From: Candidatus Kaiserbacteria bacterium
GTDB taxonomy: Bacteria; Patescibacteriota; Minisyncoccia; Phycocordibacterales; UBA2100
DNA length: 64,000 bases
Assembly: GCA_016217965.1 (NCBI GenBank)
Contig: JACRFI010000016.1
Coordinates: 65,837 to 129,836, forward strand
Reading direction: 5' to 3'
Both the position numbers and the translations under genes were made by a program. Shown here one piece after another: positions 16,598 to 26,452 of this stretch. Under the pieces are notes generated by a model, which saw only the letters and a program-made list of their open reading frames with translations, made no database searches and was not told the DNA's origin. The stretch's first letter is position 1, and every line of letters starts with the position of its first letter.

Positions 16598-17872
16598 ATG
16601 TTTGATTCATTTTTGAGAAAGATCCAGCTTGTCATCGAAGATGAGACGCTCCGGAAACGCGTGTTGTTTGTGCTCGGCGCGCTTGTTGTATTCCGCATTC
16701 TTGCGGCCATCCCGACTCCAGGCATCAATATCGCGGCACTCGACGCGTTCCTTGCGAACAACCAATTTTTCGGCCTCCTCAACATTTTCTCTGGCGGCGG
16801 ATTCTCGAACCTCTCCATTGTGATGCTTGGGGTCGGTCCCTACATCACTGCGTCCATTATCATGCAGCTCATGACCATCCTTTCTCCGAAATTGAAAGCG
16901 CTCTATCAGGAGGAAGGGGACGCGGGAAGGCAGCGGTTCATGCAATATTCGCGCTACCTCACGGTCCCGATGGCGTTCTTTCAGGGATTTGCATTCCTTA
17001 TGCTACTGGAGCAGAACGGCATTGTGCCGCCACTCGATCTGTTGGGCACGGCAACAAACGTGTTCGTCATTGCAGCCGGATCCCTACTCCTCATGTGGAT
17101 TGGAGAATTGATAACCGAATTCGGCGTTGGGAATGGCGTGTCCCTCATCATTTTTGCAGGCATCGTCTCCTCGATTCCAGCTGCTGTCGCGCAGGCCACC
17201 TTTAGCTTTGATATTTCGCAGCTTCCAGCGTACATTGCATTTCTTGCCGCGGCAGTTGCGATCACCGCGGGCGTCGTATTCATTACTGAAGCCGAACGTC
17301 CAGTTCCTGTTACGTACGCGCGTCGTGTGCGGGGGATGAAGGTTCTCGGCGGCATCTCGACGTACCTTCCCCTCCGAGTGAACCAGGCGGGAGTCATTCC
17401 AATAATCTTCGCCCTTTCCCTCATTCTCTTTCCTCAGATGATAGCGACGTTTCTCTCGCGCTCACCGATCGAATGGCTCGCGAGCGGCGCTTCTGCCGCG
17501 GTCACGTTTCTTAGTAACCAATGGGTGTATGGCATCTTGTACTTCTTCCTCGTATTCCTCTTCACGTACTTCTATACGGCAATCACGTTTGAGCCGCACC
17601 AGATAGCAAAGAATCTGCAAAAGAACGGTGCGTTCATACCAGGCGTGCGCCCTGGAATAATGACTGCCGAATACCTTGGCAATATCATTACGCGCATCAC
17701 GCTCGTAGGTGCGCTCTTTCTCGGAATCATCGCGGTTCTCCCAATAATTCTCCAGGGGGTGACTGGACTTACGGCGGTTACAATTGGCGGCACTGCGCTT
17801 CTCATTGTTGTATCAGTCGTTTTGGATCTCGTGAAAAAAATAGACGCACAAACTTCGATCAGGGAATACTGA
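16598..17872 (+). CDS. secY: preprotein translocase subunit SecY
   Basis: 424 aa with 10 TM segments, at the SecY position after L15. Confidence 0.95.
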   Translation: MFDSFLRKIQLVIEDETLRKRVLFVLGALVVFRILAAIPTPGINIAALDAFLANNQFFGLLNIFSGGGFSNLSIVMLGVGPYITASIIMQLMTILSPKLKALYQEEGDAGRQRFMQYSRYLTVPMAFFQGFAFLMLLEQNGIVPPLDLLGTATNVFVIAAGSLLLMWIGELITEFGVGNGVSLIIFAGIVSSIPAAVAQATFSFDISQLPAYIAFLAAAVAITAGVVFITEAERPVPVTYARRVRGMKVLGGISTYLPLRVNQAGVIPIIFALSLILFPQMIATFLSRSPIEWLASGASAAVTFLSNQWVYGILYFFLVFLFTYFYTAITFEPHQIAKNLQKNGAFIPGVRPGIMTAEYLGNIITRITLVGALFLGIIAVLPIILQGVTGLTAVTIGGTALLIVVSVVLDLVKKIDAQTSIREY

Positions 17873-17968
17873 TCGAAGTAAGTATCAAGTACCAGGTATC
17901 AAGTATCAGGACATTTTGATACTTGATACTTATTCACTTGTTTGATACTTGTTACTTGATACTTTGGT
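17873..17968 (+). repeat. dyad-repeat spacer: GTATCAAGTA x2 followed by three copies of its complement TACTTGATAC
   Basis: AGTATCAAGTACCAGGTATCAAGTATCAGG ... GATACTTGATACTT ... GATACTTGTTACTTGATACT. This is a different motif from the other spacer element but with the same architecture. Confidence 0.55.
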
Positions 17969-18553
17969 ATGTCTAAGCAAGTTGTAGTCCTCGCGGGGCC
18001 ATCGGGAAGCGGAAAGAATGCGGTCATAAGCGCTATCATGGCGCGGCATTCGAATGTTGCCCGGCTTGTGACTGCAACGACGCGAGTAATGAGGCCCGGG
18101 GAACAGGATGGCGTTGATTACCACTTTTTTTCGCAAGAGCAGTTCGATTCTGAAATGAATGCGGGCAAGATTCCCGAACATCGCTTTGTGCCGGCACTTA
18201 ACACATACTACGGAACGTATCTACCAGACCTGGAGAAAAAACTCGCTGAAGGCAAGACACTTTTCGCGCAGGTTGATATTGAAGGCGCGCGCCTCATGAA
18301 AGAGAGATATGGCGCAACAACGATATTCATTATGCCTGAATCGATGGAGCAATTCCGTGGCAGGCTTCGCGCGAGGAATCCGGAGTGGAGTGCAAAAGAA
18401 TTTGAGGAGCGGATGAAAATATCAGAAGAAGAGATACGCATGCATTCTCCGCAATATGATTATCGCGTGGTGAATGCGGATGGCGCGCTGCAGCAAACGG
18501 TCCAGGAGGTAATAGATATTCTTAAAAAAGAAGGGTACAATCTCGGCTCATGA
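17969..18553 (+). CDS. gmk: guanylate kinase
   Basis: GPSGSGK P-loop and ATTRVMRPGEQDGVDYHFFS. Confidence 0.8.
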   Translation: MSKQVVVLAGPSGSGKNAVISAIMARHSNVARLVTATTRVMRPGEQDGVDYHFFSQEQFDSEMNAGKIPEHRFVPALNTYYGTYLPDLEKKLAEGKTLFAQVDIEGARLMKERYGATTIFIMPESMEQFRGRLRARNPEWSAKEFEERMKISEEEIRMHSPQYDYRVVNADGALQQTVQEVIDILKKEGYNLGS

Positions 18554-19137
18554 ATCCCATCACCGTTCTTTTCTTTGGTCCACAGGGTTCCGGTAAGGGC
18601 ACGCAGGTAAAATTGCTCATTGATGCCTTGAAAAAGCGTGGTGAGCAGGGTGTCATTCACATTGACATGGGGCAGCTCCTCAGAAATATGGTTGCAAGCG
18701 GCTCGTACAGCGGCACGCTGACCGCAGAAGTTATCGAGGTAGGGAAGTTGATGCCAGATTTCATGCCTATCTATCTCACAACGGATGCTCTAGTGCGGCA
18801 ATTCACGGGAAGCGAACACATCATCGCAGATGGGCTCGCACGGCGTCCTGACCAAAGCCGCGCGTGGGACGATGCGATGCAATTCTATAAACGTGAGGAT
18901 TATAAAATTATCGCGCTAGAATTGTCCGAAGAGGAAAGCATCAAACGCCTCCTTCTAAGAGGGCGCAATGACGACACGGAAGAAGCGATACGAAAGCGGC
19001 TAGGTTGGCATAAGACGGAGGTTGAGCCGCAGCTTGAAATGCTTGCCTCTCGGGGGCGCACAGTGTTCCGCATAGACGGCTCTCCCTCTATGGAAGATGT
19101 GCACAAAAAAGTTATCGAGTGCCTTGGAATAAAATAA
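18550..19137 (+). CDS. adk: adenylate kinase
   Basis: FFGPQGSGKGTQ... Confidence 0.9.
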   Translation: MNPITVLFFGPQGSGKGTQVKLLIDALKKRGEQGVIHIDMGQLLRNMVASGSYSGTLTAEVIEVGKLMPDFMPIYLTTDALVRQFTGSEHIIADGLARRPDQSRAWDDAMQFYKREDYKIIALELSEEESIKRLLLRGRNDDTEEAIRKRLGWHKTEVEPQLEMLASRGRTVFRIDGSPSMEDVHKKVIECLGIK

Positions 19138-19141
19138 TCTG

Positions 19142-19918
19142 ATGATTGCGAGAAATAGCAGCGAAATAGAGGCGCTCCGCGAAGGCGGTAGGCGTCTCGC
19201 GCAACACTTACAAACACTCGCAGCCATCGTGAGGCCGGGAGTCTCGGTGAAGGATCTTGAGAAAAAAGCGCTCGAACTCGTACGAGCTGACGGAGACAGC
19301 CCCGCATTTCTTGATTACGAATATGGGAAAGATAAGAATCCATTTGCCTCTGCCTTAAGTGTTTCGATAAACGATACGATAGTCCATGCTCCTGCTGGTG
19401 TAAGTAGCGAGGTCATACAAGACGGCGATGTTGTCTCACTCGATTTTGGTATCGTCCATGATGGTTTCTATACCGACCACGCGGTCACGATTATTGCAGG
19501 AGAAAATCGCGATCCTGAGGACGAGAAATTAGTGCAAGCAACATATGAGGCGCTAGAGGCGGGCATTGCGGCAGCAAAGGTGGGCGGCAACACAGGCGAC
19601 ATTGGGCATGCAATCGAACGTGTGGCAAAAAAATATAAGCTCGGATTCCCTCGAAATTTAAGCGGACACGGTGTCGGGCGTACCGTTCACGAAGAGCCTC
19701 ACATTCCTAATTACGGCATGCCGGGAGAGGGAGACACTCTCGTTGAGGGGCACATCATCGCAATCGAGCCGATGTTCACACGCGGTTCCGGGGAGTTGCG
19801 TGTCGATGCCGGGAGAGATGGACATGCGTATCGAACCAAGGACAAAAGCCGAACCGCACACGCCGAGCACACAGTGCTTGTCACAAAAAGCGGGCCAGAA
19901 ATACTTACGAAAGTGTAA
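19142..19918 (+). CDS. map: methionine aminopeptidase type I
   Basis: ...VVSLDFGIVHDGFYTDHAVT...HGVGRTVHEEPHIPNYG... Confidence 0.9.
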   Translation: MIARNSSEIEALREGGRRLAQHLQTLAAIVRPGVSVKDLEKKALELVRADGDSPAFLDYEYGKDKNPFASALSVSINDTIVHAPAGVSSEVIQDGDVVSLDFGIVHDGFYTDHAVTIIAGENRDPEDEKLVQATYEALEAGIAAAKVGGNTGDIGHAIERVAKKYKLGFPRNLSGHGVGRTVHEEPHIPNYGMPGEGDTLVEGHIIAIEPMFTRGSGELRVDAGRDGHAYRTKDKSRTAHAEHTVLVTKSGPEILTKV

Positions 19919-19930
19919 TACAATGCCGAA

Positions 19931-21211
19931 ATGGCAGTGGATGTACTAGTTGTCGGCGCATATCCAAGGGAGCACGCGATTGCATGGAAGCTGAAGCAGT
20001 CTCCTCGTGTCGGAAAGATATACATTGCGCCAGGAAATGGGGGTACGGATAACGTCGGGCAAACGGTTCCCATTGGTGTGATGGAATTTGAGAAGTTGGC
20101 AGATTTTGCTGTCGAAAAAAAGATTGGGTTTACCGTGGCAGGCTCGGACGATCCTATCGTAGGAGGCATCGGCGACGTGTTCAGGGCGCGGGGGCTGAAG
20201 ATATGGAGTCCATCGAAAGTCGCCGCGCAACTCGAAGGCTCCAAAGCATTTGCGAAGGAAGTCATGCGGGAAGCAGGCGTTCCGACGGCTGAGTTTAAAG
20301 TATTTACCGAATACGAAAAAGCTGTCTCTTATGTTCGCGCTAAGGGCGCGCCGATTGTCGTAAAGGCGAGTGGGCTCGCACTAGGAAAAGGCGTCATGGT
20401 TTGCCAAACTCTGGAGGAAGCAGAAAGTTTTCTGAACGACGTAATGGTAAAAAAGATATTCAAAGATTCAGGAAATGAGGTCGTTATCGAAGAGTTTCTC
20501 GAAGGACCAGAAATTTCTATCCATGCGCTTTCTGACGGAAAAGACTTCTTGATATTTCCAACATCGCAAGACCATAAGCGCTCAGGCGACGGGAATACAG
20601 GGAAAAATACTGGAGGTATGGGCGTAATTGCGCCGCTTCCTTGGGTAACTGATGCTCAGATTGAAGACATACGTCAGCGTATCGTTGCCCCGACTATTCT
20701 GCGGATGTCAGATAGGGGCACGCCTTTCCAAGGACTTCTGTATCCCGGACTCATGATGACGAAAAATGGGGCGAAGGTCATTGAGTTCAATGCTCGATTC
20801 GGTTGTCCTGAGGCGGAGGTATATATGCGGCTTATGAAAAGCGACCTTCTTGATCTTCTGGAGGCGAGCGAGGGCGGCACCATCCTCTCGCAAAAACTCG
20901 AGTGGCATTCTGGGTTTGCTGCAACGGTCATAGTTGCATCAGGCGGCTACCCAGATGACTATAAAAAAGGACTACCAATTACTGGTATTGACGAAGCAGA
21001 GAAAGTCCCAGGCGTTGTAGTATTTCATGCAGGAACCAAAAAAGAAAATGGGCTGTTGGTTACAAGCGGCGGGCGAGTGTTAAGTGTTTCTGGCGTTGGC
21101 GCGACGCTGAGCGAGGCGCTCGATAAAGCATATGAAGGCATCAGCAAGATCCATTTCGACGGAATGTACTTCCGTCGCGACATCGGCGCGAGAACGCTCG
21201 AGATGAGATGA
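19931..21211 (+). CDS. purD: phosphoribosylamine--glycine ligase (ATP-grasp)
   Basis: MAVDVLVVGAYPREHAIAWKLKQSPRVGKIYIAPGNGGT... with an ATP-grasp core. Confidence 0.85.
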   Translation: MAVDVLVVGAYPREHAIAWKLKQSPRVGKIYIAPGNGGTDNVGQTVPIGVMEFEKLADFAVEKKIGFTVAGSDDPIVGGIGDVFRARGLKIWSPSKVAAQLEGSKAFAKEVMREAGVPTAEFKVFTEYEKAVSYVRAKGAPIVVKASGLALGKGVMVCQTLEEAESFLNDVMVKKIFKDSGNEVVIEEFLEGPEISIHALSDGKDFLIFPTSQDHKRSGDGNTGKNTGGMGVIAPLPWVTDAQIEDIRQRIVAPTILRMSDRGTPFQGLLYPGLMMTKNGAKVIEFNARFGCPEAEVYMRLMKSDLLDLLEASEGGTILSQKLEWHSGFAATVIVASGGYPDDYKKGLPITGIDEAEKVPGVVVFHAGTKKENGLLVTSGGRVLSVSGVGATLSEALDKAYEGISKIHFDGMYFRRDIGARTLEMR

Positions 21212-21223
21212 TATAATCCCGAG

Positions 21224-24049
21224 ATGCCTCCTCGCTCTGCGATGGGAGAGCGGCTGCATACCACCGCTTCCCAAGGGAAATTTAAGACTCCTGAAGAGGA
21301 GTTAGCCTATTTGCGCGATAGGGTAAAACAAAAAGAGGAAGAGTTGGAGACAGCGGGCAACAAATTAGAGCAAGAACGCATCGCAAAACGTGAGATAGCT
21401 GAATATGCGGCAACGCCTGCCGCGACCGTACTCCATGAAGCAGTGGTTCTTCCGGAACATGAAGCAATGCGTCAAGCTCTGCAACTCGAGCCTGAGACGC
21501 ATGATGCCCAGATAGACGAGCTTCTCAAGATCGTGCAGCTGCACGGCATCCGTAACGCACTTACGGTCGTTGCAAAAATGAAGAGCCCACACCTTGAGGA
21601 CGATTTGCATCGTGCGCTCGTCCGGTACATTGCGCAGGGCCTGCCGCAGCATGGCGCGAAACCAGCGGAAAAAATGATGCGCTCTCTTAAGATGGTGCTC
21701 TTTGAGATACAGCCTCAGGCACATAGTGAGGGTTCCAAGGAGACAGAACAGCAGCAAAAGCTTGAACAGATCCTCTCCTCATCCGAACAGCTCTACGCCG
21801 GCCTGCTTCCCTTGATAAGCAAGCATGAAGGTTTTTCGCTTGAACTTGCGGTGGGCGAGGGCACGGAAGAGGCATCGCTCTATCTTGCGGTACCGCGTGC
21901 ACGCCAGGCGCTTGCAGAGCGGTTGATGTCGTCTGTCTTCCCAAACGCGAAAATAACGGAATGCCGCGGTGATTACAACATTTTCAATTACGAGGGCTCG
22001 CATGTCGGCGCATACGCTGCGTTCACGCAGCATCCGGCATGGCCTCTCAAAACTCCGGAGATGTTCGAGCATGACCCGATGAACGTGACGCTCGCGGCAT
22101 TTGCGAAGATAGCAAAACATGGTGAAGGCGCGGCGCTCCAAATTGTGGTTGGCAACGACGGCGATCGGTACAACGAGCACTACAAACGCATCATCAGAAA
22201 ATTGGAGAAAGGGAAGATGATACACAAAGCGCTCAAAACGCCGGAAAGCCACTTTCTTGACCAAGTGAAGGAATTGGCTGAAATGACATTTAAATCTGAG
22301 AAACAGTTGCAACATGAAAAGGACAGCACATATCGCCGCAATCCAGACCAGGTTGCGAACGAAGAGATAGGGAGAAAGATTAAAAGCCGTATTACGCCGA
22401 CCATCATTCGGATTGTTGCATCTGCGCCGAACGCGGAAAGAGCGAAGGAGCTCATCCAGAACCTCGAAGCGCCATTCAAGCAATTCGATGATCCGCGAGG
22501 CAACGGGCTTAAATTCAAGACGGTCTCGTCATGGAATCTTTCTGGATTCCTCCGCGATTTCACTTTTCGCTCGTTCGATGCGTCGTATTCCATCCCGCTT
22601 TCGCTCTCGGAGATCACGGCGATATTCCACTTCACCGCGCAGCGCGTCACCACATCCAGAGAATTGAAGAAATCATACGCGAAGCAGGCCCCTTCGCCCG
22701 TCGAGATGCCGGAGGACGGCATTGTCGTCGGTATAAACCACTATGGCGCCGAGGAGAAAGAGGTGAAATTCGGCCAACAAGATCGCCTCCGCCATTGCTA
22801 CGTGATAGGGCAGACCGGTACCGGTAAAACGTCGCTTCTCAAGAACATGATCCTGCAGGACATGAAAAATGGCGATGGCGTCGCCTATATTGATCCGCAT
22901 GGCACTGACATTGAGGATATTCTTGCCTCCGTCCCTCCTGAGAGGATGAAGGACGTGATCTACTTCGATCCTGCATATACTCCTCGCCCGATGGGCCTCA
23001 ACATGCTCGAGTACGACCGTTCGAAACCTGAGATGAAGACGTTCGTTGTCGATGAAGTGTATGGGATATTTAGGAAATTGTATGCCGATGTTCCCGAAGC
23101 GTTCGGCCCGATGTTCGAGCAATACTACCGCAACGCCGTGCAGCTTGTAGTTGAAGATCCAGACTCTGGTTCGACCTTTCTTGAGATACCGCGCATTTTT
23201 GCTGACCCAGCTTTCAGAAATCTGAAGCTCGCACGGTGCCCGAACCCTGTCATCATCCAATTCTGGAGAGGCATCGCGGAAAAAGCTGGTGGAGACCCAT
23301 CACTTGAGAATGTCGCGCCGTACATCACATCGAAATTCGATGTGTTCCTCGCGAACGACATCATGCGCCCGATTGTTGCGCAGGAAAAAAGTGCATTTGA
23401 TTTCCGGGAGATTCTAGACGGCAAAAAAATATTTCTCGCGAACTTGTCCAAGGGACGGTTGGGGGACAGGAACACATCGCTTCTTGGCCTTGTTCTCGTT
23501 TCGAAATTTTTGCAGGCGGCATTCTCCCGCGTCGACATGCGCACGGCGGATCTGCCGACCTTCTACCTCTACATCGACGAATTCCAGAACTTCGCGACGC
23601 CATCAATCGGCACCATCCTTTCTGAGGCTCGAAAATATAAGTTGTCGCTCACCATCGCGCACCAATTCATTGCGCAGCTTGAAGAGAAGATTCGTGACGC
23701 AGTCATCGGTAACGTGGGTACGAAAATGGTATTCCGCATCGGTACGACCGACGCTGAATTCCTCGAGAAACAGTTCCACCCGGTTTTTACACGCAATGAC
23801 CTTGAGAACCAGCAGAATTACCATGCGAGCGTTGCGCTCCTGGTGAATGGTGTCCCTGCGCGCCCATTCACTATCAAGACCGTTAAAATGCCACCAATCG
23901 ACTACAGCCGCGTCGAAGAGTTAAAGAATCTTTCCTACAGCACGTATGGGCGAGACAGGCAGGGAGTGGAAGACGAGATAAAAAAGAAATATGCGGCAGA
24001 CCAACCCGCGGATCCATATGCGCCTGATCCGTTGATGCCGTCGTACTAG
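21224..24049 (+). CDS. large P-loop ATPase, FtsK/HerA superfamily, TraD/VirD4-coupling-protein-like C-terminal half; N-terminal about 450 aa unknown
   Basis: Walker A is YVIGQTGTGKTSLL and Walker B is FYLYIDEFQNF. The segment ARKYKLSLTIAHQFIAQL resembles the TraD/TraG C-terminal motif. No obvious TM helices. Confidence 0.5.
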   Translation: MPPRSAMGERLHTTASQGKFKTPEEELAYLRDRVKQKEEELETAGNKLEQERIAKREIAEYAATPAATVLHEAVVLPEHEAMRQALQLEPETHDAQIDELLKIVQLHGIRNALTVVAKMKSPHLEDDLHRALVRYIAQGLPQHGAKPAEKMMRSLKMVLFEIQPQAHSEGSKETEQQQKLEQILSSSEQLYAGLLPLISKHEGFSLELAVGEGTEEASLYLAVPRARQALAERLMSSVFPNAKITECRGDYNIFNYEGSHVGAYAAFTQHPAWPLKTPEMFEHDPMNVTLAAFAKIAKHGEGAALQIVVGNDGDRYNEHYKRIIRKLEKGKMIHKALKTPESHFLDQVKELAEMTFKSEKQLQHEKDSTYRRNPDQVANEEIGRKIKSRITPTIIRIVASAPNAERAKELIQNLEAPFKQFDDPRGNGLKFKTVSSWNLSGFLRDFTFRSFDASYSIPLSLSEITAIFHFTAQRVTTSRELKKSYAKQAPSPVEMPEDGIVVGINHYGAEEKEVKFGQQDRLRHCYVIGQTGTGKTSLLKNMILQDMKNGDGVAYIDPHGTDIEDILASVPPERMKDVIYFDPAYTPRPMGLNMLEYDRSKPEMKTFVVDEVYGIFRKLYADVPEAFGPMFEQYYRNAVQLVVEDPDSGSTFLEIPRIFADPAFRNLKLARCPNPVIIQFWRGIAEKAGGDPSLENVAPYITSKFDVFLANDIMRPIVAQEKSAFDFREILDGKKIFLANLSKGRLGDRNTSLLGLVLVSKFLQAAFSRVDMRTADLPTFYLYIDEFQNFATPSIGTILSEARKYKLSLTIAHQFIAQLEEKIRDAVIGNVGTKMVFRIGTTDAEFLEKQFHPVFTRNDLENQQNYHASVALLVNGVPARPFTIKTVKMPPIDYSRVEELKNLSYSTYGRDRQGVEDEIKKKYAADQPADPYAPDPLMPSY

Positions 24050-24112
24050 CTAGACTCTTCGCGACATGCAGTATATGATGCTGCGCATCGTAAGGACGTA
24101 AGATCATTTTTT

Positions 24113-24724
24113 ATGCCAGCTGACCATCACAGCAAAGAACGCACGCTTGTTGTTATAAAACCTGACGGTGTGCAGCGCTCGCTTATCGGCGAGATAATAA
24201 AACGATTCGAGGGAACGGGCCTGAAGCTTGTTGGGATGAAGATGCTTGTGCCGAGCGCTGCACACATTGAGGCGCACTATACGCTCGACCCGAATTGGCG
24301 CCGAGTGACAGGGGAAAAAACAATCAAGGGATACCAAGACAAAGGAATGACACCGCCCTCGACAGATCCACTAGAAATTACGGCGAAGATCTTGGCAAAT
24401 TTGAAAAAATACCTCTCATCCGGGCCTGTCATAGCGATGGTGTGGCAAGGAGCCCACTCGGTGAAGATCGTACGGAAGGTAACGGGGGGCACAGAGCCTC
24501 TCACATCCGACGTCGGCTCCATTCGTGGTGATTTTGTCCTCGATTCGTACCAAATGGCAGACGAAGATGGCCGCGCTGTCCGAAACCTTGTGCACGCATC
24601 GGGTTCAGTGGATGAGGCGAACCTGGAAATATCGCACTGGTTCAAGTCCGACGAGCTCACTAACTACCGCGTCATTCATGAAGAGATTTTGTACGACGTG
24701 AATCTTGACGGGATTTTGGAATAG
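24113..24724 (+). CDS. ndk: nucleoside diphosphate kinase with internal insertion
   Basis: ERTLVVIKPDGVQRSLIGEIIKRFE...GSIRGDF...NLVHASGS.... At about 203 aa it is longer than the usual ~140 aa, with an insert near NWRRVTGEKTIKGYQDKGMTPPS. Confidence 0.75.
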   Translation: MPADHHSKERTLVVIKPDGVQRSLIGEIIKRFEGTGLKLVGMKMLVPSAAHIEAHYTLDPNWRRVTGEKTIKGYQDKGMTPPSTDPLEITAKILANLKKYLSSGPVIAMVWQGAHSVKIVRKVTGGTEPLTSDVGSIRGDFVLDSYQMADEDGRAVRNLVHASGSVDEANLEISHWFKSDELTNYRVIHEEILYDVNLDGILE

Positions 24725-24849
24725 CGCGCGAGTTGTTATAGTCTCTAAATGATTAGTGAGTCTCCAAGGTCGGTAGTACCTGTTGGCGGTCAAGCTGGAG
24801 GCGAAGATTCTGTTGAAGTCTCGACAGTTAATCTTAGGGAGCGTTCAAA

Positions 24850-25728
24850 ATGGTCAGAGTAATTAGGGCGGGCATTATTTATATGTCAGAAGATTTTAGT
24901 TTTAAAAAACTCCCAAAGCTCGTCTCGGCAGATCCATCTCAATCTTCTGTAGTTCCTCAGTCAGGAATGGAACAAGGAGCATCGAGGCTCATCAAAGATG
25001 AGGCTGATCATACTTTTCATGAGATTGAAAATCACAGCGCGGGTCAAATGTTATGTGTGCGCCTTTTGAAGGGGGTGATAAATGTGTCGGATGTTGTGCG
25101 AACGCGAGTGCGGCGTTTCGGTGTTTTTTACGGGGACACTTTTGCATCATATGGCATGCCTATTGAAAAAATTGCTAAAGAAACTTCTAGTGACGAAAGA
25201 AGGGCGGATGAAGAAATTCTCAGGATTATTTTCAAGGATCCCGATAAAGGAGCTAAGTATGGCCCAGAGAATAATAATATTAAAATTGATTCGAGCGGCA
25301 AAGCCGCATATTTTGATTTTGAATTCTTTGCAGCATTTTTTATGTATCCTCGCATAAGGAACAGAGAAGATCGCTTTGTAAAACGACTTCTCGAGTTGGG
25401 TTTCGATAACGGATTAAGAGAACTCGACAGGAAACCCTCGGTTATATATGTTGAATTATCTCGCCTTTCGCGACAAGCGCTTGATATTCTGATTGATAAG
25501 TTGCGACGCTTGAAGAAGGCATATGAGGATGATAACGGGCAATTCGTGCGAGATGTAATAATCTCGCTCCCAGTGCCCTTACGCGAGGCTATATATTTTC
25601 CTGAAGACCTCTTGCAAAAAAGTGATGTCGAACTTGCGAACGAGTTTCTCGCGCTTCTTACTCACCGTGTAGATGAGATGCTTGATATTGCCATAACCGT
25701 TCGCAACGAACGAAATCTGACAAAATAG
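24850..25728 (+). CDS. hypothetical protein (AT-richer segment)
   Basis: ORF only; no motif recognised. Confidence 0.35.
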   Translation: MVRVIRAGIIYMSEDFSFKKLPKLVSADPSQSSVVPQSGMEQGASRLIKDEADHTFHEIENHSAGQMLCVRLLKGVINVSDVVRTRVRRFGVFYGDTFASYGMPIEKIAKETSSDERRADEEILRIIFKDPDKGAKYGPENNNIKIDSSGKAAYFDFEFFAAFFMYPRIRNREDRFVKRLLELGFDNGLRELDRKPSVIYVELSRLSRQALDILIDKLRRLKKAYEDDNGQFVRDVIISLPVPLREAIYFPEDLLQKSDVELANEFLALLTHRVDEMLDIAITVRNERNLTK

Positions 25729-25957
25729 ATTTATCTTCATTTGTGTTTCTTGTAGGGATGTTATAGTCAGGCGAGCGGCTGGTACTAAAACCTGCTTGGT
25801 ATTTCTCCGGGATTCCTACATCGCTGTGACCCTTGGGTTACATGCTGCGGAAACCCACCTGGACTTCAAGCCCAGGCTTGCCGTACTCGCCGCACCCGTC
25901 GCACCCACCGCAAAGGTGGGTGTTGTGGTTTAGGCATATTTTGGCAATACTTGCGAT

Positions 25958-26347
25958 ATGGAAGCGCGCCGACTTTTATTCGTGCAGTTCACCCTCCTTG
26001 CCGTTATCGCATTCCTATACTTCCTTGGTTTTTGGCTCTACCTTCATTGGGTTTTCTGGTGGTACGATATTCTGCTCCATTTCCTCGGCGGCGTATGGGT
26101 GGCGCTTGCGGCACGCTGGATATTTGCACTTAAAGGAATCGTACCGCCCGGCTCGTGGATACTTGCTCTCGTCATTGTTGTAGGGCTCCTGTGGGAGCTA
26201 TTTGAAGTCGTCGTTGGCATGCCCAGAGAGTCGAATTATCTTTTCGATACGTCACTCGATCTTCTGATGGACGTTCTCGGCAGCATTGCCGCGCTTATGT
26301 TTCTTGGCAGCGCACGCGGCGGCGAAAAAGGCGCCCTGCCCCGTTAG
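25958..26347 (+). CDS. small multipass membrane protein, hypothetical
   Basis: 3-4 predicted TM helices. Confidence 0.4.
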   Translation: MEARRLLFVQFTLLAVIAFLYFLGFWLYLHWVFWWYDILLHFLGGVWVALAARWIFALKGIVPPGSWILALVIVVGLLWELFEVVVGMPRESNYLFDTSLDLLMDVLGSIAALMFLGSARGGEKGALPR

Positions 26348-26452
26348 AAGCTCTTCGTAGCTACGAGTGTCTTTACCTTTCGAACAATGTGTACGAATCG
26401 TGCTGTGGATGCATGAGGCGAAGCTTCTAATGGGGTGATAGAATGACACGTC

